Source of the DNA: Eledone cirrhosa
Taxonomy: Eukaryota
Assembly: GCA_964016885.1 (NCBI GenBank)
Contig: OZ024757.1
Span: 10,168,001-10,232,000 of the forward strand
Length of the DNA stretch: 64,000 nt
Direction: 5' to 3'
The position numbers were made by a program, and so were the translations under genes. This document shows, piece by piece, positions 22,582-34,800 of the stretch. A model generated the notes under the pieces. The model was not told the DNA's origin. It saw nothing but the letters and a program-made list of their open reading frames with translations, and searched no databases. Positions within the stretch are counted from its first letter, which is position 1. Each line of letters begins with the position of its first letter.

Positions 22582-22800
22582 GGGGTTATTTTAAGTTGGG
22601 GTTAAGTTAAGTTGGGGTTAATTTAAGTTGGGGTTAAGGTAAGTTGGGGTTCAGTTAAGTTGCGGTTAAGTTAAGTTGGGGGTAATTTATGTTGGGGGTA
22701 AGTTAAGTTGGGGTTAAGTTAAGTTGGGGATAAGTTAAGTTGGGGGTAAGTTAAGTTGGGGGTAAGTTAAGTTGGGGGTAAGTTAAGTTGGGGGTAAGTT
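22582..22800 (+). repeat. Right copy of ~220-bp direct repeat bounding the core
   Basis: It has the same marker series as 19753-19970 with a few differences (GCGG for GGGG, GGGGG for GGGTG). Confidence 0.85.
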
Positions 22801-25800
22801 AAGTTGGGGTTAAGTTAAGTTGGGGTTAAGTTAAGTTGGGGTTGAGTTAAGTTGGGGTTGAGTTAAGTTGGGGTCGAGTTAAGTTGGGGTTGAGTTAAGT
22901 TGGGGTTAAGTTAAGTTGGGGTTAAGTTAAGTTGGGGTTAAGTTAAGTTGGGATTAGGTTAAGTTGGGGTTAAGTTAAGTTGGGGTTAAGTTAAGTCGGA
23001 GTAAAGTTAAGTTGGGGTTAAGTTAAGTTGGGGGTAAGTTAAGTTGTGGTTAAGTTAAGTTGGGGTTAAGTTGGGGTTAAGTTAAGTTGGGGTTGAGTTA
23101 AGTTGGGGTTGAATTAAGTTGGGATTGAGTTAAGTTGGAGTTAAGTTAAGTTGGGGTTAAGTTAAGTTGGGGTTAAGTTAAGTTGGGGTTACGTTAATTT
23201 GGGGTTAAGTTAAGTTGGGGTTAAGTCAAGTTGGGGTTAAATCAAGTTGGGGTTAACTTAAGTTTGGATTAACTTAAGTTGGGTTAACTTAAGTTGGGAT
23301 TAAGTTGGGGTTAACTTAAGTTGGGGTTAAGTTAAGTTGAGGCTAAGTTAAGTTGGGGCTGAGTTAAATTGGGGTTAAGTTAAGTTGGGGTTAAGGTAAG
23401 TTGGGGTTAAGTTAAGCTGGGGTTAAGTTAAGTTGGGGTTAAGTTAAGTTGGGGTTAACTTAAGTTGGGGTTAACTTAAGTTGGGGTTAAGTTGGGGTTA
23501 ACTTAAGTTGGGGTTAATTTAAGTTGGGGTTGAGTTAAGTTGGGGTTGATTTCAGTTTGGGTTGAGTTAAGTTGGGGTCGAGTTAAGTTGGGGTTGTGTT
23601 AAGTTGGGGTTAAGTTAAGTTGGGGTTAAGTTAAGTTGGGGTTGAGTTATGTTGGGATCGAGGTAAGTTGGGGTTGAGTTAAGTTGGGGTTAAGTTAAGT
23701 TGGGGTTAACTTAAGTTGGGGTTAACTTAAGTTGGGGTTAAGTTAAGTTGGGGTTAAGTTTAGGTAGGGTTAAGTTAAGTTGGGGTTAAGTTAAGTTGGG
23801 GTTAAGTTAAGTTGGGGTTAAGTTAAGTTGGGGTTGAGTTAAGTTAGGGTCGAGTTAAGTTGGGGTTGAGTTAATTTGAGGTTGAATTAAGTTGGGGTTA
23901 GGTTAAGTTGGGCTTAAGTTAAATTTGGTTTAAGTTAAGTTGGGGTTAAGTTAAGTTGGGGTTAAGTTAAGTTGGGATTAGATTAAGTTGGGGTTAAGTT
24001 AAGTTGGGGTTGAGTTAAGTTGGGGTTAAGTTAAGTTGGCGTTAAGTTAAGTTGGGGTTAAGTTAAGTTGGGGTTAAGTTAAGTTGGGGTTAATTTAAGT
24101 TGGGGTTAAGTTAAGTTGGGGTTAAGTTAAGTTGGGGTTAAGTTAAGTTGGGGTTAAGTTAAGTTGGAGTTAAGTTAAGTTGGGGTTAATTTAAGTTGGG
24201 GTTAAGTTAAGTCGGGGTAAAGTTAAGTTGGGGTTAAGTTAAGTTGGGGGTAAGTTAATTTGGGGTTAAGTTAAGTTGGGGTTTAGTTGATTTGGGGTTA
24301 AGTCAAGTTGGGGTTAAGTCAAGTTGGGGTTAAGTTAAGTTGGGGTTAAGTTAAGTCGGGGTTAAGTTAAGTTGGGATTAAGTTAAGTCGGGGTTAAGTT
24401 AAGTTGGGGTTAAGTTAAGTTGGGGTAAGTTAAGTTGGGGTTAAGTTAAGTTGGGGTTTACTTAAGTTGGGGTTAAGTCAAGTTGGGGTTAAGTCAAGTT
24501 GGGGTTAAGTCAAGTTGGGGTTAAGTTAAGTTGGGGTTAAGTTAAGTTGGGGTTAAATTAAGTTGGGGTTAAGTTAAGTTGGGGTTAAGTTAAGTTGGCG
24601 TTAAGTTAAGTTGGGGTTAAGTTAACTTGGGGTTAAGTTAACTTGGGGTTAAGTTAAGTTGGGGTTAAGTCAAGTTGGGGTTAAATCAAGTTGGGGTTAA
24701 CTTAAGTTTGGATTAACTTAAATTGGGTTAACTTAAGTTGGGGTTAAGTTGGGGTTAACTTAAGTTGGGGTTAAGTTAAGTTGGGGTTAAGTTAAGTTGG
24801 GGTTGAGTTAAGTTGGGGTTGAGTTAAGTTGGGGTTGAGTTAAGTTGGGGTTGATTTAAGTTGGGGTTGAGTTAAGTTGGGGTCGAGTTAAGTTGGGGTT
24901 GAGTTAAGTTGGGGTTAAGTTAAGTTGGGGTTAAGTTAAGTTGGGGTTAAGTTAAGTTTGGTTTAAGTTAAGTTGGGGTTAAGTTAAGTTGGGGTTAAGT
25001 TAAGTTGGGATTAGGTTAAGTTGGGGTTAAGTTAAGTTGGGGTTAAGTTAAGTTGTGGTTAATTTAAGTTGGGGTTAAGTTAAGTTGGGGTTAAGTTAAG
25101 TTGGTGTTAAGGTAAGTTGGGGTTAAGTTAAGTTGAGGTTAAGTTAAGTTGGGGTTAAGTTAAGTTGGGGTTAACTTAAGTTGGGGTTAACTTAAGTTGG
25201 GGTTAAGTTGGGGTTAACTTAATTAGGGTTAAGTTGGGGTTAACTTAAGTTGGGGTTAAGTTAAGTTGGGGTTGAGTTAAGTTGGGGTTGATTTAACTTG
25301 GGGTTGAGTTAAGTTGGAGTCGAGTTAAGTTGGGGTTGAGTTAAGTTGGGGTTAAATTAAGTTGGGGTTAAGTTAAGTTGGAGTTAAGTTAAGTTGGGGT
25401 TATGTTAAGTTGGGGTTAAGTTAAGTTGGCGTTAAATTAAATTGGGGTTAAGTTAAGTTGGGGTTACGTTAAGTTGGGGTTAAGTTAAGTTGGGGTTAAG
25501 TCAAGTTGGGGTTAAATCAAGTTGGGGTTAACTTAAGTTTGGATTAACTTAAGTTGGGTTAACTTAAGTTGGGGTTAAGTTGGGCTTAACTTAAGTTGGG
25601 GTTAAGTTAAGTTGGGGTTGAGTTAAGTTGGGGTTGAGTTAAGTTGGGGTTGAGTTAAGTTGGGGTTGAGTTAAGTTGGGGTCGAGTTAAGTTGGGGTTG
25701 AGTTAAGTTGGGGTTAAGTTAAGTTGGGGTTAAGTTAAGTTGGGGTTAAGTTAAGTTGGGATTAGGTTAAGTTGGGGTTAAGTTAAGTTGGGGTTAAGTT

Positions 25801-28800
25801 AAGTCGGAGTAAAATTAAGTTGGGGTTAAGTTAAGTTGGGGGTAAGTTAAGTTGTGGTTAAGTTAAGTTGGGGTTAAGTTGGGGTTAAGTTGGGCTTAAC
25901 TTAAGTTGGGGTTAAGTTAAGTTGGGGTTGAGTTAAGTTGGGGTTGAGTTAAGTTGGGGTTGAATTAAGTTGGGATTGAGTTAAGTTGGAGTTAAGTTAA
26001 GTTGGGGTTAAGTTAAGTTGGGGTTAAGTTAAGTTGGCGTTAAATTAAGTTGGGGTTAAGTTAAGTTGGGGTTACGTTAAGTTGGGGTTAAGTTAAGTTG
26101 GGGTTAAGTCAAGTTGGGGTTAAATCAAGTTGGGGTTAACTTAAGTTTGGATTAACTTAAGTTGGGTTAACTTAAGTTGGGATTAAGTTGGGGTTAACTT
26201 AAGTTGGGGTTAAGTTAAGTTGAGGCTAAGTTAAGTTGGGGCTGAGTTAAATTGGGGTTAAGTTAAGTTAGGGTTAAGTTAAGTTGGGGTTAAGGTAAGT
26301 TGGGGTTAAGTTAAGTTGGGGTTAAGTTAAGTTGGGGTTAAGTTAAGTTGGGGTTAACTTAAGTTGGGGTTAACTTAAGTTGGGGTTAAGTTGGGGTTAA
26401 CTTAAGTTGGGGTTAATTTAAGTTGGGGTTGAGTTAAGTTGGGGTTGATTTCAGTTTGGGTTGAGTTAAGTTGGGGTCGAGTTAAGTTGGGGTTGTGTTA
26501 AGTTGGGGTTAAGTTAAGTTGGGGTTAAGTTAAGTTGGGGTTGAGTTAAGTTGGGATCGAGGTAAGTTGGGGTTGAGTTAAGTTGGGGTTAAGTTAAGTT
26601 GGGGTTAACTTAAGTTGGGGTTAACTTAAGTTGGGGTTAAGTTAAGTTGGGGTTAAGTTAAGTTGGGGTTAAGTTAAGTTGGGGTTGAGTTAAGTTAGGG
26701 TCGAGTTAAGTTGGGGTTGAGTTAATTTGAGGTTGAATTAAGTTGGGGTTAGGTTAAGTTGGGGTTAAGTTAAATTTGGTTTAAGTTAAGTTGGGGTTAA
26801 GTTAAGTTGGGGTTAAGTTAAGTTGGGATTAGATTAAGTTGGGGTTAAGTTAAGTTGGGGTTGAGTTAAGTTGGGGTTAAGTTAAGTTGGCGTTAAGTTA
26901 AGTTGGGGTTAAGTTAAGTTGGGGTTAAGTTAAGTTGGGGTTAATTTAAGTTGGGGTTAAGTTAAGTTGGGGTTAAGTTAAGTTGGGGTTAAGTTAAGTT
27001 GGGGTTAAGTTAAGTTGGAGTTAAGTTAAGTTGGGGTTAAGTCAAGTTGGGGTTGAGTTAATTTGGGGTTAAGTTAAGTTGGGGTTAAGTTAAGTTGGAG
27101 TTAAGTTAAGTTGGGGTTAAGTCAAGTTGGGGTTGAGTTAATTTGGGGTTGAATTAAGTTGGGGTTAGGTTAAGTTGGGGTTAAGTTAAGTTTGGTTTAA
27201 GTTAAGTTGGGGTTAAGTTAAGTTGGGGTTAAATTAAGTTGGGGTTAAGTTAAGTTGGGGTTGATTTAAGTTGGGGTTGATTTAAGTTGGGGTTGAATTA
27301 AGTTGGGGTCGAGTTAAGTTGGGGTTGAGTTAAGTTGGGGTTAAGTTAAGTTGGGGTTAAGTTAAGTTGGAGTTAAGCTAAGTTGGGGTTAAGTTAAGTT
27401 GGGGTTAAGTTAAGTCGGAGTAAAGTTAAGTTGGGTTTAAGTTAAGTTGGGGGTAAGTTAAGTTGTGGTTAAGTTAAGTTGGGGTTAAGTTGGGGTTAAG
27501 TTAAGTTGGGGTTGAGTTAAGTTGGGGTTGAATTAAGTTGGGATTGAGTTAAGTTGGAGTTAAGTTAAGTTGGGGTTAAGTTAAGTTGGGGTTAAGTTAA
27601 GTTGGCGTTAAATTAAGTTGGGGTTAAGTTAAGTTGGGGTCACGTTAAGTTGGGGTTGAGTTAAGTTGGGGTCGAGTTAAGTTGGGGTTGAGTTAAGTTG
27701 GGGTTAAGTTAAGTTGGGGTTAAGTTAAGTTGGGATTAGATTAAGTAGGAGTTAAGTTAAGTTGGGGTTAAGTTAAGTTGTGGTTAAGTTAAGTTGGTGG
27801 TAAGTTAAGTTGGGGTTAAGTTAAGTTGGGGTTAACTTAAGTTGGAGTTAAGTTAAGTTGGGGTTAAGTTAAGTTGAGGCTAAGTTAAGTTGGGGCTGAG
27901 TTAACTTGGGGTTAAGTTAAGTTGGGGTTAAGTTAAGTTGGGGTTAAGGTAAGTTGGGGTTAAGTTAAGTTGGGGTTAAGTTCAGTTGGGGTTAAGTTAA
28001 GTTGGGGTTAACTTAAGTTGGGGTTAAGTTGGGGTTAACTTAAGTTGGGGTTAATTTAAGTTGGGGTTGAGTTAAGTTGGGGTTGATTTCAGTTTGGGTT
28101 GAGTTAAGTTGGGGTCGAGTTAAGTTGGAGTTGTGTTAAGTTGGGGTTAAGTTAAGTTGGGGTTAAGTTAAGTTGGGGTTGAGTTAAGTTGGGATCGAGA
28201 TAAGTTGGGGTTGAGTTAAGTTGGGGTTAAGTTAAGTTTGGTTTAAGTTAAGTTGGGGTTAAGTTAAGTTGGGGTTAACTTAAGGTGGGATTAGGTTAAG
28301 TTGGGGTTAAGTTAAGTTGGGGTTAAGTTAAGTTGTGGTTAAGTTAAGTTGGGGTTAAGTTAAGGTGGGGTTAAGTTAAGTTGGGGTTAAGGTAAGTTGG
28401 GGTTAAGTTAAGTTGGGGTTAAGTTAAGTTGGGGTTAAGTTAAGTTGGGGTTAACTTAAGTTGGGGTTAAGTTGGGGTTAACTTAAGTTGGGGTTAAGTT
28501 GGGGTTAACTTAAGTTGGGGTTAAGTTAAGTTGGGGTTGAGTTAAGTTGGGGTTGATTTAAGTTGGGGTTGAGTTAAGTTGGAGTCGAGTTAAGTTGGGG
28601 TTGAGTTAAGTTGGGGTTAAGTTAAGTTGGGGTTAAGTTAAGTTGGGGTTAAGTTAAGTCGGAGTTAAGTTAAGTTGGGGTTAAGTTAAGTTGGGGGTAA
28701 GTTAAGTTGTGGTTAAGTTAAGTTGGGGTTAAGTTGGGGTTAAGTTAAGTTGGGGTTAAGTTAAGTGGGGTTGAGTTAAGTTGGAGTTAAGTTAAGTTGG

Positions 28801-31800
28801 GGTTAATTTAAGTTGGGGTTAAGTTAAGTCAGGGTAAAGTTAAGTTGGGGTTAAGTTAAGTTGGGGGTAAGTTAATTTGGGGTTAAGTTAAGTTGGGGTT
28901 TAGTTAATTTGGGGTTAAGTCAAGTTGGGGTTAAGTCAAGTTGGGGTTAAGTTAAGTTGGGGTTAAGTTAAGTCGGGGTTAAGTTAAGTTGGGGTTAAGT
29001 TAAGTCGGGGTTAAGTTAAGTTGGGGTTAAGTTAAGTTGGGGTAAGTTAAGTTGGGGTTAAGTTAAGTTGGGGTTTACTTAAGTTGGGGTTAAGTCAAGT
29101 TGGGGTTAAGTCAAGTTGGGGTTAAGTCAAGTTGGGGTTAAGTTAAGTTGGGGTTAAGTTAAGTTGGGGTTAAATTAAGTTGGGGTTAAGTTAAGTTGGG
29201 GTTAAGTTAAGTTGGCGTTAAGTTAAGTTGGGGTTAAGTTAACTTGGGGTTAAGTTAACTTGGGGTTAAGTTAAGTTGGGGTTAAGTCAAGTTGGGGTTA
29301 AATCAAGTTGGGGTTAACTTTAGTTTGGATTAACTTAAGTTGGGTTAACTTAAGTTGGGGTTAAGTTGGGGTTAACTTAAGTTGGGGTTAAGTTAAGTTG
29401 GGGTTAAGTTAAGTTGGGGTTGAGTTAAGTTGGGGTTGAGTTAAGTTGGGGTTGAGTTAAGTTGGGGTTGATTTAAGTTGGGGTTGAGTTAAGTTGGGGT
29501 CGAGTTAAGTTGGGGTTGAGTTAAGTTGGGGTTAAGTTAAGTTGGGGTTAAGTTAAGTTGGGGTTAAGTTAAGTTTGGTTTAAGTTAAGTTGGGGTTAAG
29601 TTAAGTTGGGGTTAAGTTAAGTTGGGATTAGGTTAAGTTGGGGTTAAGTTAAGTTGGGGTTAAGTTAAGTTGTGGTTAATTTAAGTTGGGGTTAAGTTAA
29701 GTTGGGGTTAAGTTAAGTTGGTGTTAAGGTAAGTTGGGGTTAAGTTAAGTTGGGGTAAAGTTAAGTTGGGGTTAAGTTAAGTTGGGGTTAAGTTAAGTTG
29801 GGGTTAACTTAAGTTGGGGTTAAGTTGGGGTTAACTTAATTGGGGTTAAGTTGGGGTTAACTTAAGTTGGGGTTAAGTTAAGTTGGGGTTGAGTTAAGTT
29901 GGGGTTGATTTAACTTGGGGTTGAGTTAAGTTGGAGTCGAGTTAAGTTGGGGTTGAGTTAAGTTGGGGTTAAATTAAGTTGGGGTTAAGTTAAGTTGGAG
30001 TTAAGTTAAGTTGGGGTTAAGTTAAGTTGGGGTTAAGTTAAGTTGGCGTTAAATTAAATTGGGGTTAAGTTAAGTTGGGGTTACGTTAAGTTGGGGTTAA
30101 GTTAAGTTGGGGTTAAGTCAAGTTGGGGTTAAATCAAGTTGGGGTTAACTTAAGTTTGGATTAACTTAAGTTGGGTTAACTTAAGTTGGGGTTAAGTTAA
30201 GTTGGGGTTGAGTTAAGTTGGGGTTGAGTTAAGTTGGGGTTGAGTTAAGTTGGGGTTGAGTTAAGTTGGGGTCGAGTTAAGTTGGGGTTGAGTTAAGTTG
30301 GGGTTAAGTTAAGTTGGGGTTAAGTTAAGTTGGGGTTAAGTTAAGTTGGGATTAGGTTAAGTTGGGGTTAAGTTAAGTTGGGGTTAAGTTAAGTCGGAGT
30401 AAAGTTAAGTTGGGGTTAAGTTAAGTTGGGGGTAAGTTAAGTTGTGGTTAAGTTAAGTTGGGGTTAAGTTGGGGTTAAGTTAAGTTGGGGTTGAGTTAAG
30501 TTGGGGTTGAATTAAGTTGGGATTGAGTTAAGTTGGAGTTAAGTTAAGTTGGGGTTAAGTTAAGTTGGGGTTAAGTTAAGTTGGGGTTAACTTAAGTTGG
30601 GGTTAAGTTGGGGTTAACTTAAGTTGGGGTTAATTTAAGTTGGGGTTAAGTTAAGTTGGGGTTACGTTAAGTTGGGGTTAAGTTAAGTTGGGGTTAAGTC
30701 AAGTTGGGGTTAAATCAAGTTGGGGTTAACTTAAGTTTGGATTAACTTAAGTTGGGTTAACTTAAGTTGGGATTAAGTTGGGGTTAACTTAAGTTGGGGT
30801 TAAGTTAAGTTGAGGCTAAGTTAAGTTGGGGCTGAGTTAAATTGGGGTTAAGTTAAGTTAGGGTTAAGTTAAGTTGGGGTTAAGGTAAGTTGGGGTTAAG
30901 TTAAGTTGGGGTTAAGTTAAGTTGGGGTTAAGTTAAGTTGGGGTTAACTTAAGTTGGGGTTAACTTAAGTTGGGGTTAAGTTGGGGTTAACTTAAGTTGG
31001 GGTTAATTTAAGTTGGGGTTAAGTTAAGTTGGGGTTGATTTCAGTTTGGGTTGAGTTAAGTTGGGGTCGAGTTAAGTTGGGGTTGTGTTAAGTTGGGGTT
31101 AAGTTAAGTTGGGGTTAAGTTAAGTTGGGGTTGAGTTAAGTTGGGATCGAGGTAAGTTGGGGTTGAGTTAAGTTGGGGTTAAGTTAAGTTGGGGTTAACT
31201 TAAGTTGGGGTTAACTTAAGTTGGGGTTAAGTTAAGTTGGGGTTAAGTTTAGGTAGGGTTAAGTTAAGTTGGGGTTAAGTTAAGTTGGGGTTAAGTTAAG
31301 TTGGGGTTAAGTTAAGTTGGGGTTGAGTTAAGTTAGGGTCGAGTTAAGTTGGGGTTGAGTTAATTTGAGGTTGAATTAAGTTGGGGTTAGGTTAAGTTGG
31401 GGTTAAGTTAAATTTGGTTTAAGTTAAGTTGGGGTTAAGTTAAGTTGGGGTTAAGTTAAGTTGGGATTAGATTAAGTTGGGGTTAAGTTAAGTTGGGGTT
31501 GAGTTAAGTTGGGGTTAAGTTAAGTTGGCGTTAAGTTAAGTTGGGGTTAAGTTAAGTTGGGGTTAAGTTAAGTTGGGGTTAATTTAAGTTGGGGTTAAGT
31601 TAAGTTGGGGTTAAGTTAAGTTGGGGTTAAGTTAAGTTGGGGTTAAGTTAAGTTGGAGTTAAGTTAAGTTGGGGTTAAGTCAAGTTGGGGTTGAGTTAAT
31701 TTGGGGTTAAGTTAAGTTGGGGTTAAGTTAAGTTGGAGTTAAGTTAAGTTGGGGTTAAGTCAAGTTGGGGTTGAGTTAATTTGGGGTTGAATTAAGTTGG

Positions 31801-34800
31801 GGTTAGGTTAAGTTGGGGTTAAGTTAAGTTTGGTTTAAGTTAAGTTGGGGTTAAGTTAAGTTGGGGTTAAATTAAGTTGGGGTTAAGTTAAGTTGGGGTT
31901 GATTTAAGTTGGGGTTGATTTAAGTTGGGGTTGAATTAAGTTGGGGTCGAGTTAAGTTGGGGTTGAGTTAAGTTGGGGTTAAGTTAAGTTGGGGTTAAGT
32001 TAAGTTGGAGTTAAGTTAAGTTGGGGTTAAGTTAAGTTGGGGTTAAGTTAAGTCGGAGTAAAGTTAAGTTGGGTTTAAGTTAAGTTGGGGGTAAGTTAAG
32101 TTGTGGTTAAGTTAAGTTGGGGTTAAGTTGGGGTTAAGTTAAGTTGGGGTTGAGTTAAGTTGGGGTTGAATTAAGTTGGGATTGAGTTAAGTTGGAGTTA
32201 AGTTAAGTTGGGGTTAAGTTAAGTTGGGGTTAAGTTAAGTTGGCGTTAAATTAAGTTGGGGTTAAGTTAAGTTGGGGTCACGTTAAGTTGGGGTTGAGTT
32301 AAGTTGGGGTCGAGTTAAGTTGGGGTTGAGTTAAGTTGGGGTTAAGTTAAGTTGGGGTTAAGTTAAGTTGGGGTTAAGTTAAGTTGGGATTAGATTAAGT
32401 AGGAGTTAAGTTAAGTTGGGGTTAAGTTAAGTTGTGGTTAAGTTAAGTTGGTGTTAAGTTAAGTTGGGGTTAAGTTAAGTTGGGGTTAACTTAAGTTGGA
32501 GTTAAGTTAAGTTGGGGTTAAGTTAAGTTGAGGCTAAGTTAAGTTGGGGCTGAGTTAACTTGGGGTTAAGTTAAGTTGGGGTTAAGTTAAGTTGGGGTTA
32601 AGGTAAGTTGGGGTTAAGTTAAGTTGGGGTTAAGTTCAGTTGGGGTTAAGTTAAGTTGGGGTTAACTTAAGTTGGGGTTAAGTTGGGGTTAACTTAAGTT
32701 GGGGTTAATTTAAGTTGGGGTTGAGTTAAGTTGGGGTTGATTTCAGTTTGGGTTGAGTTAAGTTGGGGTCGAGTTAAGTTGGGGTTGTGTTAAGTTGGGG
32801 TTAAGTTAAGTTGGGGTTAAGTTAAGTTGGGGTTGAGTTAAGTTGGGATCGAGGTAAGTTGGGGTTGAGTTAAGTTGGGGTTAAGTTAAGTTTGGTTTAA
32901 GTTAAGTTGGGGTTAAGTTAAGTTGGGGTTAACTTAACGTGGGATTAGGTTAAGTTGGGGTTAAGTTAAGTTGGGGTTGAGTTAAGTTAGGGTCGAGTTA
33001 AGTTGGGGTTGAGTTAATTTGAGGTTGAATTAAGTTGGGGTTAGGTTAAGTTGGGGTTAAGTTAAATTTGGTTTAAGTTAAGTTGGGGTTAAGTTAAGTT
33101 GGGGTTAAGTTAAGTTGGGATTAGATTAAGTTGGGGTTAAGTTAAGTTGGGGTTGAGTTAAGTTGGGGTTAAGTTAAGTTGGCGTTAAGTTAAGTTGGGG
33201 TTAAGTTAAGTTGGGGTTAAGTTAAGTTGGGGTTAATTTAAGTTGGGGTTAAGTTAAGTTGGGGTTAAGTTAAGTTGGGGTTAAGTTAAGTTGGGGTTAA
33301 GTTAAGTTGGAGTTAAGTTAAGTTGGGGTTAAGTCAAGTTGGGGTTGAGTTAATTTGGGGTTAAGTTAAGTTGGGGTTAAGTTAAGTTGGAGTTAAGTTA
33401 AGTTGGGGTTAAGTCAAGTTGGGGTTGAGTTAATTTGGGGTTGAATTAAGTTGGGGTTAGGTTAAGTTGGGGTTAAGTTAAGTTTGGTTTAAGTTAAGTT
33501 GGGGTTAAGTTAAGTTGGGGTTAAATTAAGTTGGGGTTAAGTTAAGTTGGGGTTGATTTAAGTTGGGGTTGATTTAAGTTGGGGTTGAATTAAGTTGGGG
33601 TCGAGTTAAGTTGGGGTTGAGTTAAGTTGGGGTTAAGTTAAGTTGGGGTTAAGTTAAGTTGGAGTTAAGTTAAGTTGGGGTTAAGTTAAGTTGGGGTTAA
33701 GTTAAGTCGGAGTAAAGTTAAGTTGGGTTTAAGTTAAGTTGGGGGTAAGTTAAGTTGTGGTTAAGTTAAGTTGGGGTTAAGTTGGGGTTAAGTTAAGTTG
33801 GGGTTGAGTTAAGTTGGGGTTGAATTAAGTTGGGATTGAGTTAAGTTGGAGTTAAGTTAAGTTGGGGTTAAGTTAAGTTGGGGTTAAGTTAAGTTGGCGT
33901 TAAATTAAGTTGGGGTTAAGTTAAGTTGGGGTCACGTTAAGTTGGGGTTGAGTTAAGTTGGGGTCGAGTTAAGTTGGGGTTGAGTTAAGTTGGGGTTAAG
34001 TTAAGTTGGGGTTAAGTTAAGTTGGGGTTAAGTTAAGTTGGGATTAGATTAAGTAGGAGTTAAGTTAAGTTGGGGTTAAGTTAAGTTGTGGTTAAGTTAA
34101 GTTGGTGTTAAGTTAAGTTGGGGTTAAGTTAAGTTGGGGTTAACTTAAGTTGGAGTTAAGTTAAGTTGGGGTTAAGTTAAGTTGAGGCTAAGTTAAGTTG
34201 GGGCTGAGTTAACTTGGGGTTAAGTTAAGTTGGGGTTAAGTTAAGTTGGGGTTAAGGTAAGTTGGGGTTAAGTTAAGTTGGGGTTAAGTTCAGTTGGGGT
34301 TAAGTTAAGTTGGGGTTAACTTAAGTTGGGGTTAAGTTGGGGTTAACTTAAGTTGGGGTTAATTTAAGTTGGGGTTGAGTTAAGTTGGGGTTGATTTCAG
34401 TTTGGGTTGAGTTAAGTTGGGGTCGAGTTAAGTTGGGGTTGTGTTAAGTTGGGGTTAAGTTAAGTTGGGGTTAAGTTAAGTTGGGGTTGAGTTAAGTTGG
34501 GATCGAGGTAAGTTGGGGTTGAGTTAAGTTGGGGTTAAGTTAAGTTTGGTTTAAGTTAAGTTGGGGTTAAGTTAAGTTGGGGTTAACTTAACGTGGGATT
34601 AGGTTAAGTTGGGGTTAAGTTAAGTTGGGGTTAAGTTAAGTTGTGGTTAAGTTAAGTTGGGGTTAAGTTAAGGTGGGGTTAAGTTAAGTTGGGGTTAAGG
34701 TAAGTTGGGGTTAAGTTAAGTTGGGGTTAAGTTAAGTTGGGGTTAAGTTAAGTTGGGGTTAACTTAAGTTGGGGTTAAGTTGGGGTTAACTTAAGTTGGG

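Larger units (their letters stand above)
19753..22800 (+). repeat. Divergent core domain of the same satellite, lacking the regular higher-order marker order
   Basis: It carries many rare variants (GGGTGTAAG, GGGGTGAAG, TTAAGATAAG, GTATTAAGTTACG, TAATTGAAG), frequent GGGGGTAAG units and few TTGAG units. The CGGAGTAAAG marker is absent between ~17215 and ~22997. Confidence 0.8.

Noticed and set aside
19753-22800. LTR retroelement (direct repeats flanking ~2.6 kb)
   Set aside because: Both the repeats and the interior are satellite monomers. There are no TG..CA ends, primer-binding site or coding sequence.
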